Assembly: GCF_009914755.1 (NCBI RefSeq) | Contig: NC_060933.1 | Length of the DNA stretch: 64,000 bases | Strand: one strand, 5' to 3' | From: the human T2T-CHM13v2.0 reference genome, Homo sapiens | Shown: piece by piece, positions 21,124 through 38,020 of the stretch | Layout of the letters: the number at the start of each line of letters is the position of its first letter | How positions within the stretch are numbered: position 1 is the first letter of the stretch | Program-made: the position numbers and the translations under genes | The notes under the pieces: model-generated | What the model saw: only the letters and a program-made list of their open reading frames with translations | Database searches by the model: none | What the model was told of the DNA's origin: nothing

Positions 21124-22585
21124 ATTAGTAATAGTAAAATTACTGAAGTAGGAAGGAGGCAGTATTTTAAAGAGAAAAAATGTAAATAAGGCTTAGATGT
21201 CAAATATTTTGGGAGAAAAGTAAAGAGGAGAAGCACAAGAATTTCCTACCTATTTGATGTTCATTGCAATACTAGCAAGAGACCATGAAGTAGAAGGCAA
21301 AATGGTGAAATAAAGATATTGGATATTCTGAGACCAGAAATGACTATAGAAGGGGCATGGGCTTTCTTCTTGCTGAAGTCATGCACAGAATTAATAGAAA
21401 TGGTGGTGATGACTATGTGGGCAGGATAAGGACAAGAAAGACAATAAATTCTAATAATAATTGCTTTCTGAAAATATTACTTGGTTTCATATGAAACATA
21501 ATAGTAAACTGGATCTGCAGGAAATTCTAAAAGACAGGTGTTCCACAAATTATTGGTGACACTGCATAATCTGCATTATCATTTATTTTCCAAAAATGAC
21601 AATGTTGAAGAGCAAGACAGATACAGGTATTTCAGTGTGACATGTTTAGAAAACCAGTCTCATGATTTACAGTCCCACCCCAACATTTCATCTTCAAAAG
21701 TGACTAATACAACCATTACCCAGATCATGACTGCAACAGACTTAGTTAAAAATCATTACTTGAAATTTTAATTTTTTAAATTTAAATTAAAAATCATAGT
21801 TATTATTCACTATGTTCAATTTAAAAACACTATTTTTAATTTATAAACCTACAAAAGAAAAATTTGATGTAAGAAAAACTGGGTTCAAGTTCAATAGGGT
21901 ATATCAATTTCATCTTCACTCAAGAAAAGGCTTAAAAGGTTTTTTGATACCAATCCTTTTCGTATTACTTGACAATGAAAATTTATAACATGTAAGATTA
22001 GGTTATGCTTCAAAAGGCAATCATGCCTTAGATAATGACAGAATTTGTAGGAAAAGTTCTGAAAATAAAATGACAGCTCAATGAAGGAAAGATTATTTTT
22101 TTCAAACTAAAAAATAATGGTATAACTTCCAATGTTCAGGCTGGTCAAAAGGAAATTTGTAGGGCAGTAAAACTGACATACCTGAAGCAATACCCCCAAA
22201 ATATAACATTTCCAATACCTTCTACATATAAGGAATATGAATCTAATAATGGTTTTAAAATACATGTTTCTTGTTAACTTGTTGAACAAAATGCAGGGAG
22301 AGGATACAAAATGCCATGATGCCTGATCAAATTAAATTCAATAACGTTTGGAGTTGAGGTGATGTGGCACCTATCCTTCCATGTGCCCAGTGGAACAGAA
22401 CAGTGTGGGGGCTAAAAACTTGGTCTGAAGCACCATCTTACACTTACTAGCCATGTGGCCTTAGCGGGGGCAGGGACTCTTCCTGGGCTCTACTTGCTTC
22501 ATCTACAAAATGGAGAAAATGCCAGTCTCACAGATTTGCTGTACCTCACAGACCACAGATTTGTAATAATTAAATAAGAAGTATA

Positions 22586-22860
22586 GGTCACGTGCAGTGG
22601 CTCACACCTATGATCCCAGTACTTTGGGAGGATGAGGCAGGAGGACTGCTTGAGCCCAGGTGTTTGAGATCAGCCTGGGCACCAATGTGCGACCCCATCT
22701 TTACAAAAAAATAAAAAAATATATAGCTGGGTGCAGTGATGCACACCTGTGGCCCCAGCTATTTCACAATCTGAGGCTTGAGCCCAGGAGGCTGAGGCAG
22801 CAGTGAGCTATGATTGTGCCACCACATTCCAGCCTGGGTGGCAGAGCAAGACCCTGTTTT
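22586..22860 (+). mobile_element. AluJ-like element inside a MIR
   Basis: diverged Alu dimer; MIR text CTTCATCTACAAAATGG-like just upstream. Confidence 0.8.
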
Positions 22861-23206
22861 TAAAATTAAAGAAGTATATGCTAAATTGCTTAACAAAATT
22901 CCTGTGTGGCAGAAACATCCAATAAAAGCTTTAAAAAATTCACTGTGATCACCACAAGGAAACAAAGAACTTATGCTATGCATAACAGTATTTGTCTCAA
23001 TACTGTACTGAGTTAAAACTAACAGAAGTGTGTAAACAGGAGTTCCATGTGCAGAACTACTCAAGTGTGTAGCATGGCAAGCCTGTCAGCTGCCACTTTG
23101 CTGCCCTCTTTTGTGTTATTCTGGTGCCCTTCTTACCACTTTATAGAAAACTACACTTTTAAAGCCTACAAATGACTTTGGATTACATAGAAATACATTA
23201 AATTTC

Positions 23207-24734
<1,528 letters not shown>

Positions 24735-25350
24735 GGGTTCTGGTTCTGGCAGCTGGGAAGTCCAATATTGGGTGTCAGCACCTCGTCAGTTTCTGGGGAG
24801 ATCTTGTGCTGCATTATAACATGGCAGAGGCGTGGAAGAGGAAATGAGTGCATGTGAAAGGCACAAATCACAAGGGGAGGTCTTGCTCCATAACAATTGG
24901 CTTTAGTGGTTAGTAATTCAGTCCTGTAAGAGTGAGAACTTGCTCACTTCAGCAAGAATTAACCCAGTCCCGGGAGAGTGGCATTAATTCCTCTTAACAA
25001 CCTAATCACCTCTTAAAGGCTCCATCTCCCAACACCTCTACCCAGGGACCAAAATTCCAACACATGAATTTTGAGGCACACATTCAAAATATACCACTTA
25101 GATTAGGCAAAAGCATAAAGACAGAAAGTAGAATGGTTGTTTCCAGGAGCAGGAGGGTAGGGAGGATGAGGAGTTATTTTTTAATGGGTATAGAGTTTCA
25201 GTTTTATAAGAGGAACAGAGTAATGGAGATGGAGAATGGTGATGGTTGTACATTATGAATACATTTAGTAACACTGAACTGTACTGTTAAAAATGATGAA
25301 GATAGTAAATTCTATGTTATGTGTATTTTACCACATAAAAAATTGGAAAT
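24735..25350. mobile_element. MaLR LTR fragment followed by an L1MB-like 3' end
   Basis: CTGGGAAGTCCAA...CCTAATCACCTCTTAAAGGC...CAACACATGAATTTTG, then GACAGAAAGTAGAATGGTTG...TGGTGATGGTTGTACA. Confidence 0.7.
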
Positions 25351-25636
25351 AAACAAATGCATTCTGGTGAATTTTTAAATGTTACTCCACTAGTGTATGA
25401 TGTCTACCTTACTTTAAACAATGAAAGTAATTCTTACTGTCCAAAAACTCCGGGATGATCATGGTGTGTTGGATGTTCTGTTCCATGTTTCCTTCCACTC
25501 CCAGCTAGATATAAGGTGAGAGGAGGCAAGAATCAGACATTACATGAAAATGGTATTACATGGAAAAGGTATTAAATGGAAATTTCATTACATGAAAATG
25601 GTATTATGCATATGAGGAAAAAATATATATCAAATC

Positions 25637-26065
25637 TATTAAAAGAAAACAGCTGAATTAAATTTAAAAGGAGTTTAATTGAGCAGTAAATGGTTCACAA
25701 ATCAAGCAGCCCCCAGAATCACAGCAGATTCAGAGAGACTCCAGGGATGTCTCATGGTCAGAACAAATTTACAGACAAAAAAAGGGAAGGGACATACAGA
25801 AACTGGCAGTGAGATACAAAAATAGCTGGATTGGTTACAGGTTGGCATTTGCCTTATTTGAACACAGTTTGAACACTTAGCAGTCTATGCGTGGTTGAAG
25901 TACGGCTGCTGGGATTGGCCAAGACTCAGCTATTGTTACAGGCCCACACTTCTAAGTTAGGTTTTCAATCTTGTCTGCCTATTAAGCTAGGTTACAGTTT
26001 ATCCACAAGGACTCAAACACAGAAGTACAGAATCCTTCTCAGGCCATATTTAGTTCGCTTTAACA
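25637..26065 (-). mobile_element. ERV1 solo LTR, MER57A-like
   Basis: minus strand starts TGTTAAAGCGAACTAAATATGGCCTGAGAAGG; 4-bp AATC target duplication on both sides. Confidence 0.75.
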
Positions 26066-27055
26066 AATCTTATGTGCTGCAGACGTATGCATATGTGCAC
26101 TTACTGCAACACAAATGTATTTTATTATGCTACTTACTGCAATCAAATTTAGAATCCAAATATTGTCTCCAGTTAGTCAAATACGATCAAGACACATCTA
26201 AAAGAGGCGATTCTTATAGATTATTATAAACAAGAGATGTAATCAATCAGGAAAACCACACAGACAAGGAAATGCAAGGCACAAAAGATGAAGCCCTGGA
26301 AAATACCAACTGGCAAAGGATAAGAAGAGAAAGAGGTGCTGATGAAAGAAATAAAGGAGAAACAGAGGGAGCAGAAGATGAAGGAAGGCGGCGTCAAAAG
26401 AACAAATGGTGACATATTTCAAGGAAGAGTGGAGGATTAAATGTTAGATGCAACAAAAAAATCTGCTAAGTTAAGGACAAGAAAATATCCCTTGGATTTG
26501 ATAACAGCAAGATGGACTTCGTATTATAGAAGTTGTTTCAGAGTAATGATGAACACAGAAGCTCTACTGCATGATACTGAAGTGTGTATGTGAACTGAGG
26601 AAGCAGAAACACCAAGATAGTATCAGTTTTCAAAAGCTTGTGTGTTGAGGGAAAGAAAGATGAGAATGCAGGTTACAAGATGGTATTTTTAATTTCAGAG
26701 AATTTAAGCAGGTCAAAGACTGATGTGGGAAAGCTCAAGATGATTTAAACGGGTCAGAGATTAAGCAAAGAAAACTACAGAAGAAAAGGAGAAGTAAAAG
26801 GCCTATAAGAGAGTGAATTCCTAGTGGACAGTGATCCCTGGGTATAAAGGAGGAAGTTTCCAAGCTACACAAGAGATCAAAAACAAGAGAAATCAAGAAA
26901 ACAAAAATTGACTACATAAACAAATTTTAAATTCACAGTGGAACCAAAAACAAAGTCAAATTTTAAATTATTATTGAAGAAACACATTTCTTCAGAAAAT
27001 TATAAAGGGATTGATCAAAAACCCAATAGAAAAAAGGACCAAGAAAGCCCAAGAG

Positions 27056-27364
27056 GTCCCTGAGGCTTTCCATGGTGCACTGTGCTCCTGGTTAATTGAG
27101 AATGGAGAATGGTGATGACTTTTACCAAGCATACTGCCTGTAAACATTTTGTTAACAAGGCACATCCTGCACAGCCCTAGATCCCTTAAACCTTGATTCC
27201 ATACAGCACATGTTTCTGTGAGCACAGGGTTGGGGCTAAAGTTACAGATTAACAGCATCTCAAGGCAAAACAATTTCCTTAGTACAGATTAAAATGAAGT
27301 TTTTTATGTCTTCCTTTTCTACATAGACACAGTAACAATCTGATCTCTCTTTCTTTTCCCTACA
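27056..27364 (-). mobile_element. HERV-K(HML-2) LTR5A/B U3 fragment
   Basis: minus strand starts TGTAGGGAAAAGAAAGAGAGATCAGATTGTTACTGTGTCTATGTAG; stops after ~310 bp. Confidence 0.85.
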
Positions 27365-27369
27365 AAAAC

Positions 27370-28420
27370 TTTCCTGCACAATGTATGCGTTGAATCAAAG
27401 ACTTTATATGGTGGTGTGCATCCACTGGGAAGAATACATCAGTCCACTAACCAAGAGATGAGAGTGGGAGTGGAGCCTATTTACCATCACTGCCAATGCC
27501 AATTCTAGTAAGAGGCACTAGTCCCTAAAGGGGGCACATTTTCACCAGAGGACACATTGTTAGTCTCAGTAAATTATAAACTATGGCTACTTCCTGGATA
27601 CTTTGAGCTCTTTGTGTTCAGGGACCAGGAGGAAAGAGGAGGAGTCACTCTCTTGGTACAGGTAAATAACACTGATATCGGTAGGAAATGGACTGCTATC
27701 GCACAATGTGGGCAGGGAGAAACACATGTGAAATCTAGTGATTAGTATCTCTCGTCTAATTTTGATATGAATGCACTGGCCCAGCAGCTCTGGACTGAGA
27801 AGGGCATAACGACCAATGTCTCAGGTCAGCAGAGTTGATAGCTGAGAATGAATAATGAAGAAGGGAGATGATGAGTTAGTTACCTATTGTGACCCTGAGA
27901 TCAGTGTAGCAGCAGGGGCCGTGGTTCATCCCACTAATCTCCCTTTTCTAATTCCTCCTCAGGCATAGAGGCATACAGAAATCCTGGAGGAAGTACTTCC
28001 CAGACATATACGGATAATTATATCTGAGCCGAGCAAGGAATGGACTGTAATAGACACAGAGTTGCATGCCCAGATTCTCGTTTAAGGAAGGACTTGTTGC
28101 CTAGATGACAGGAGTGCCATCAGAAGACAACTTCTAGCTATCAGCTAGTTCACAGTGGGCCTCATCTACAGAGAGCTCCCTTACCTAAAGTCATGCCCTT
28201 TGCAAGACAGCCTACATCTTGTGAATGAGCAAGGTGGAGGTATAAAGCTCAAGGCAGGACACTCAGCTGGGGGAAACATTTACTCCAGAGCTCCTCTCCA
28301 GGTTGGCAAGGCTTCGTTAGGCTTGCAATAAAATTTCAACTTCTTCCTCTGCCCAATCCTCTTTCTCTCCATTCCTTTCATGGGTGTCGATCTCTAATAA
28401 ATATCTGATAACTCCAACTC
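27370..28420 (+). mobile_element. ancient ERVL-class internal fragment plus LTR (LTR16-like)
   Basis: degenerate ERVL-like internal text, purine-rich GCAAGGAATGGAC before TGTAATAG, AATAAA near 28397; family tentative. Confidence 0.45.
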
Positions 28421-28928
28421 TGTTATTATTTGGATATAGTTTGTCCCCACCAAAATTCATGTTGACATTTGATTCTCAATGTTGTGGTGTTGAGAGATAC
28501 AGGCTAGAATAGTAGTTGTATGGGTTATGGGGGATGGATCCCTCATGAATGGCTTGGTGCTGTTCTCATAGTGGTGAGTCCTCACTCTCATGAGACTGGA
28601 TTAGGTCTCACAGCAATGAATTAGTTCCCATGAGAGTGGGTTGTTTTAAAGCCAGGACACCCCTCAGGTTTTCCCCTTTTCATGTATGCACTTCTCCTTA
28701 GGACACCCCTCAGGTTTTCCCCTTTTCATGTATGCACTTCTCCTTTGACCTTCTCTGCCATGTTGTGACACAGCACAAAAGCACTTGCCAGAAGCCAGGG
28801 CCATGTCCTGGAACTTCTCAGCCAGCAGAACCATGAGCTAAATAAACTTCTCTTTATAAGAAGTTCTTTTCTTTATATATACCCAGCCTCAGACATTCTT
28901 TTACAGCAACACAAAAAGTAGTAAGACA
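28421..28928. mobile_element. MaLR (MST-like) solo LTR
   Basis: TGTTATTATTTGGATATAGTTTGTCCCCACCAAAATTCATG...GCAACACAAAAAGTAGTAAGACA. Confidence 0.75.
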
Positions 28929-28969
28929 AACTCCTTTTCAACACCTGCCTCCAGGGAACTCAAACACAA

Positions 28970-31930
<2,961 letters not shown>

Positions 31931-32253
31931 GCCATATCAGAAATATTATTACTAAAAAAAAAATTGATTCATGAAAATATAAAAATTGTTTAGAAAAACA
32001 CAAAACTTACTCTTAAACCCACGATCCCAGAAGAACCACTATCCACATAATGATAATATGCATTTTTCATCATATGTATTTGTGTGTATAAACAATATCT
32101 ATATTTAAATTAAAATCCTAATGTGCATATAGTTTTGTAAACTGTTTTTTATTTAGTATTTTAGATGCTACAGGTTGGTTTGTACAACATCCATTTTTCA
32201 ATGCCCATGTCTCTTTATTTCCTTTACTATGAAGGTTAAGAAATTAAAGATTT

Positions 32254-32555
32254 GGCCAAATGTGGTAGCTCACACTTTTAATCACAGCACTTTGGGAGGC
32301 CAAGGTGGGCAGATCACTTGAGCCCAGAAGTTTGAGACCAGCCTGAGTAACATGGCAAAACTCTGTTTCCACCAAAAAAAAAAAAAAAAATTAGCTTGGT
32401 GGCATGCACCTGTAGTCCCAGCTACTAGGAAGGCTAAGGTGGGAGGAGTGCTTAAGCCTGGGAGGTAGAGATTGTAATGAGCCAAGATTGCACTACTGCA
32501 CACTCCAGTCTGGGTGACAGAGACTTTGTCTCAAAACAAAATAAAACAAAAAAAG
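32254..32555 (+). mobile_element. Alu
   Basis: full dimer. Confidence 0.9.
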
Positions 32556-33620
32556 AAAGATTCAATTTCCTCAAGCCACCTGAAACTAGGTGTGGTCATG
32601 TGACTCATTTCTGGTCAAAAGATATGAGCACATTCTTCTAGAAGGGGGACTTTGTGGAAAATTTTAATTTTCTTCAATATTGGATTACTCACTTGATGCC
32701 TGGAGATGCATCACTCAAACACATTCCTGAGAGTAAAAGTAATAATAAAGAATTATTTGTATCTTCTTAAATATAGTTTGAAATTGTGGTTTTTAATGTC
32801 ATATTACTCAATTTTTGAAGGAATCATGCTTTATTTAATCAATTAACTAGCAATGTATATGCTATTTCTCTCTGTTCTGCAATAAATATCATAGTACGCC
32901 TTGATTGTACAACATAGAATAGATTCCTCGATGGACTGCCGACCATCATAAGGCTTTGATGTATACTGTCAGATTTACATTTTGGTAGGTTGTACAAACT
33001 TACACAACTACCAAAAGCAGTGTGTGACAGATTGTTTTCTACCTATCACAAATGTAATTTTTTTTTAAATCTTGATTTAAAAAAATGTTTCCACTTTTTT
33101 TCCTCTTCTTTATGTCAGAGGAGTTTAACATCTTTCTCTTCCCACACCCTCAGATTCTAAAAGATATATCCCTGGAATGCTCTTCCGTCATATATATATA
33201 CATGGTTTGCTCTTTTACCCTCTCTGGGTCTTTGCTTTTGTCACCATCTAAGTAAGCTTACTGCCTGCTTCCCATCACTATATTTAAAATTACATTCCCC
33301 AACACTTCCCTCCCCTTCCTTGGTTTGCTTTTTGCCATCCAGTGATCTGTTATACTTTATATTGTAGTTGTTTATTTATTACCTATGTCCTCCTCTAGAA
33401 TTAAGGTCTATGAGAACAGGGTTTTGTTTTGTTTGTTTGCTTTCTTTTTGTTTTGTAGACTGCTGTATCTCAGGCACTTAGATGATCATATCACTTGAAT
33501 AAATAAATGTTTCAAAACTGTTAATAATAATTTACTTTTATGCCCCTTCATTTTCTTAAAGAGGATCTCAAAAACAGTTTAAAAATAATTTTTTAAACTT
33601 ACTTACACCATGATTTAGAT

Positions 33621-33812
33621 TAGTGGTTCTCAAAGGGTGGTCCCCAGACCAGCAGCACAGGAATCCACTGGAAACTTATTAAAATGCAAATTCTCAAGGC
33701 CCACCCACAGGGTTTCTGATCCAATATGTCTGTGACGAGGCCCAAGAATTTGCATTCTAAAGTCTGTGTTTTAACAAATCATTCAGGCAATTTTTATGCA
33801 CACTAGAGTTTA
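33621..33812. mobile_element. MER5A (hAT-Charlie)
   Basis: AGTGGTTCTCAAAGGGTGGTCCCCAGACCAGCAGCA...AATGCAAATTCTC. Confidence 0.75.
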
Positions 33813-34709
33813 CGTATCGATTCAGACTTACCACTGTGTGTCTGTTTTCCTATACTAACCTCCAATTGTATTTAGACATCCTTTCCTCATTCATCAATGC
33901 TAACTTTTAATTCATTTTATTACTGCACAAAGTGGCTTTCAGCATTCATTTATATCATTCAGGCATACCTATAATTCTCACTGTCTCAGATGTGGCAATA
34001 CTATGGGTTCCCCAAGACATGTGGAAATTCAACATAGCCATAACCTGCAACTGTTTCATCCATCTAAAAAGTGCAGGCTTTCTACAGCTCTAGACAGTGA
34101 TGACTCATTCTGTGCATAGTGCTATATTTCCACTTGTTAAGAAATTACTGGTAGAAATGGCTTTCATATTGCATTTTCTTCCCATGTGATAAATAAGTTA
34201 CTTGGAAATGAGGGGATATATTCATGAGTTGAGCTTTCAACCCGTGCATGTGTATGCATGTGTGCACATGCACATACACGAACACATATTCCATTCTCAA
34301 TATATTATATTAACACATTATAATTCTCTGAAATGAGGTCAGGAAGGAAGGAGCTTGAATGATAAATATTTGTAAAGATGGCATTTAAGCACATATTTCT
34401 TTGGGGCCCATTATTATGCTAAATTACTGTCTAGGTGAAATATTTACTCAACAGGATTGAACATGACTAGACAAGTCCCGATTACTGCTCATATGTTAGT
34501 TCTGAGGAATAAATGAAATAATGTAGGGATTGTGCTTTAAAAAATATAAAAGATAACATGCCAAATTATAATATTTTATATTATGTAAATTAATATTGTA
34601 TTAAAATAAAGGTATGATGTTTTTGAAAACCATTTCTGTACTTATGTCTCTGCTTTTAGTGTAACAACTTAGATTTCAAAATAGTTCAGAAGTTTTGTGC
34701 ATTTTTTGT

Positions 34710-34982
34710 ATTTCTTTTTTTTGAGACAGAGCCTCACTCTGCTGCCCAGGCTGGAGTGCACTGTAACCTCCATCTCCTGGGTGCAAGCAACTCTCTTGCC
34801 TCAGCCTCCTGAGTGGCTGGGATTACAGGGATTACAGCATGCCCAGATAATTTTTTGTATTTTTAGTAGAGATGGGGTTTCATTGTGTTGGCTAGTCTGA
34901 TCTCAAACTCCTGGCCTCAAGTGATCCACCCACCTTGGCCTCCCACAGTGCTGGAGATTACAGGCATCCACCATGCCCAGCC
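34710..34982 (-). mobile_element. Alu
   Basis: antisense Alu with internal deletions. Confidence 0.85.
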
Positions 34983-36476
34983 AGAAGTATTTTTAATCTA
35001 TGGCTCAAGAGTAAAAAAAATCCAGGTGTGCAATGGCAAATAGGTCTCCTGTGACAGTCCAAGTTGATGCATAGTACCTTCTGGAATGCACGCTGCACAA
35101 TGATTCTGAGGCCAACTCTGGGTTCACTCAGAAAGAGTACAGTGATCCAGTAAATAATGCCCAATATTGAGCGAGAACAGGGAGGGGTGACATTTGTTTC
35201 ATTCGAATTCCCTGATTGAGGTGTTTGTGTGTTAGTTCTTTGAATATGAGATAAAACAGGGTGATTATTCATAAAATCACTTTCATTCACCTGCAATCAC
35301 AATTCATCATCACCTGCAATCACAATTCAACATCAAAAAATGGCAAATGTAGAAACAGTGCTGTTATAATTCACTATGTTAATGAAAGAACTTGTGTGTG
35401 ATAGAAAAAGTCTTTATGAATTCAACATCAAGTTTCATACTATATACTTTAGATTCATCATCATTCATGAATAAGCATACAAAGATTTTAACTCTGTCAA
35501 AATCTGAGATCTCACATGTTGATCTCACATGTTGTGGAGGGGCTCAGTGACAACCTTAAATAATGTTGATTTATGCATATTAAAATATTTTAATTATAAA
35601 AATAATACATGTGCATGATTTAAAAATCCAAATATACAAGGAAGTCTTGCTCCTATCCTAGACCCCAGTCCTATACTCCTCTGCCCAATGGCAACCACCA
35701 TGAAGTTTATTCTGTATTTTTTCAAAGTCTATTCACATACAGATACATGTATATATGCATACAAAGATACATACACATACAGAGATAAGAGACAGAGGTT
35801 AAACAAACATACCCTTTTGTACACAAAGGGGAACATACTATATACATGGTTCAGCAACCTACTTTTTCACACTTCACAATATATCTTGAATATCGCTCCC
35901 TACCAGCACATTTGTATCCTCAGCTGCTTTATTTTCTCTCATTTTCCTGTTAACATTTTTTACATATATAACAACCCTTTTAAAAAGATTTCTGCTGATG
36001 CAGAAGCCAACACAGACATTAAGAAAGAGCTGGGTGAAAATGTCAAAGAGGCTTATACAGATGGCCACACTCATTTACATAAGGCAATAAACAGATATGC
36101 AAATTCAACTCTAATATATGGTGCTTAAGTACAAAACAAGAAGAAACACAGGAACTGTCAGCATATATAACTTGTTTCTCCATTGCTTTGAATATTCAAA
36201 TAATTCACAATTTTTAAAGCTTTCAATTTCAATCTGAACATGTAGATCATTTATAATAATTGAGTAGTTAAAACAATATTTTTTATAAAAGGTTTTGTAT
36301 CAAGTTTAAACCCTTGTTTCCATCCACTGATTCTATATGAAGATCCATTTTCAAAGTTTCTCATGTACAACAAGGTGTGACATCTTGCTAAAGGCTTTCT
36401 AACACTCTTTAAAATCAGCATATTTCCAAGGTTCAACAAAACCTTAAATTTAGTTAACAAATTTCCCACATTAACT

Positions 36477-38020
36477 TCACTCATGAGATTTATCTTCTGA
36501 ATGAGTTTTCACATGTTTGGTTAGGGATGCATTTTGTTTGAAAGTTTTCCCACATTCATTACATTCATAGGGTTTTTCTCCAGTGTGGGATCGCTGATGT
36601 ATAACAAGCTGTGATTTTGCATTAAAGGCTTTTTCACATTCGTTACATTCATAAGGTTTCTCCCCAGTATGAGTTCTCTGATGTACAATGAGGTGAGACT
36701 TTTGGCTAAAGGCTTTCCCACATTCATTACACTCATACGGTTTCTCTCCAGTATGAACTCTCTGATGTTGAGTAAGGCCTTCAATTTGTTTAAAGCCTTT
36801 CCCACATTGATTACATTCAAAGGGACTTTCACCTGTATGAGTTCTCATATGGTAAGTAAGAGATGAGCTATGTCCAAAGGCTTTTCCACACTCATTACAT
36901 TTATAAGGTTTCTCCTTAGTATGAGTTCTTTGATGTATAATGAGGTGTGACTTCTTGCTGAAAGCTTTCCCACATTCATTACATTCAAAGGGTTTCTCAC
37001 CTGTATGAATTCTCATGTGTTTAGTAAGGGATGAGCTATACTTAAAGGCTTTTCCACATTCATTGCATTCATATGGTATTTCACCTGTATGTGTTCTCAC
37101 ATGTTCGGTAAGAGATGAGTTATACCTAAAAGACTTCCCACATTCCTTACATTCATATGGCTTCTCACCTGTGTGAGATCTCACATGTTGAATAAGGTTT
37201 GAGCTGTGTCTGAAGGTTTTCCCACATTCAGCACATTCATAGGGCTTTTCTCCAGTATGAATTCTTAGATGGTCAGTGAGTGCATGTTTATGACCATGGG
37301 CTTTGCCACACTGAATACATTCATATGGTTTTTCTCCGGTGTGAGTTCTCTGATGTACAACAAGGTGTGACTTTTGGCTAAAGGCTATCCCACATTCATT
37401 ACATTCATATGGTTTCTCCCCAGTATGAACTCTCTGATGGTCAATGAGTCCTTGTTTATGGCTGAGAACCTTTCCACATTGATTACATTCATAGGGTTTC
37501 ACACAAGCTTGAGGTTTTTCATGCTTAGTAGATGAGCTAAGGCTGGGTGATTTCTCATGTTTCTCTCCAGTTTGAATTTTGTCCTGTTTAATATGGGATG
37601 AACTATGACAGCATAATTTGTCATGTTTTTTGCCAGTTTTGTTACACTTATCAGATGAGCTATGGCTGGATAATTTCTCATGTTTCTTTCCAGTTTGCTT
37701 TTTGCCTTTCCTTGTATCAGATAAGCTATGGTTGAATGACTTCTTGTGTTCTTTAGCTGCATCAGATTTCCTTTTTACACAGTTTCTTGAGTGATCAGGT
37801 AAATCTAAATTCTGTTTCAAAATTTTTCCACATGACTCAAATTTAAGAAGCCTTTTCTTTGAAGGAACATGTTTTTTATGCAAATTATTTTTTTTCCCCA
37901 GTGAACCACAGTCACTGCCATTCTTCTTAGCTTGAGTTTTCTTCTTGACTGCAACTTCCCTGAGGAGTTTGTTTTGAGATTTCTGGATATTTTCAAGCTG
38001 GTCATCATCTTTCTGGACTT
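36477..38020 (-). CDS. ZFP37: ZFP37 last coding exon: basic linker plus 12 C2H2 zinc fingers
   Basis: acceptor CCATTTTAG|AAGTCCAG (phase 1); 12 CxxC-x12-HxxxH fingers with TGEKP-type linkers; stop TGA at 36477-36479. Confidence 0.97.

Noticed and set aside
27056-27364. Possible SVA element
   Set aside because: It has the authentic LTR5 5' terminus but no VNTR, hexamer repeat or poly-A, so a truncated LTR5 fits better.
35688-36128. 146-aa + strand ORF
   Set aside because: AT-rich, antisense to the ZFP37 3' UTR, appears to overlap old repeat sequence and has no recognisable domain.
36477-37883. 468-aa ORF as a standalone gene
   Set aside because: It starts at an internal TTG and is part of the last ZFP37 exon, which begins at 38020.
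36251-38008. Off-frame and antisense ORFs over the zinc-finger exon
   Set aside because: Shadow ORFs of repetitive C2H2 codons.
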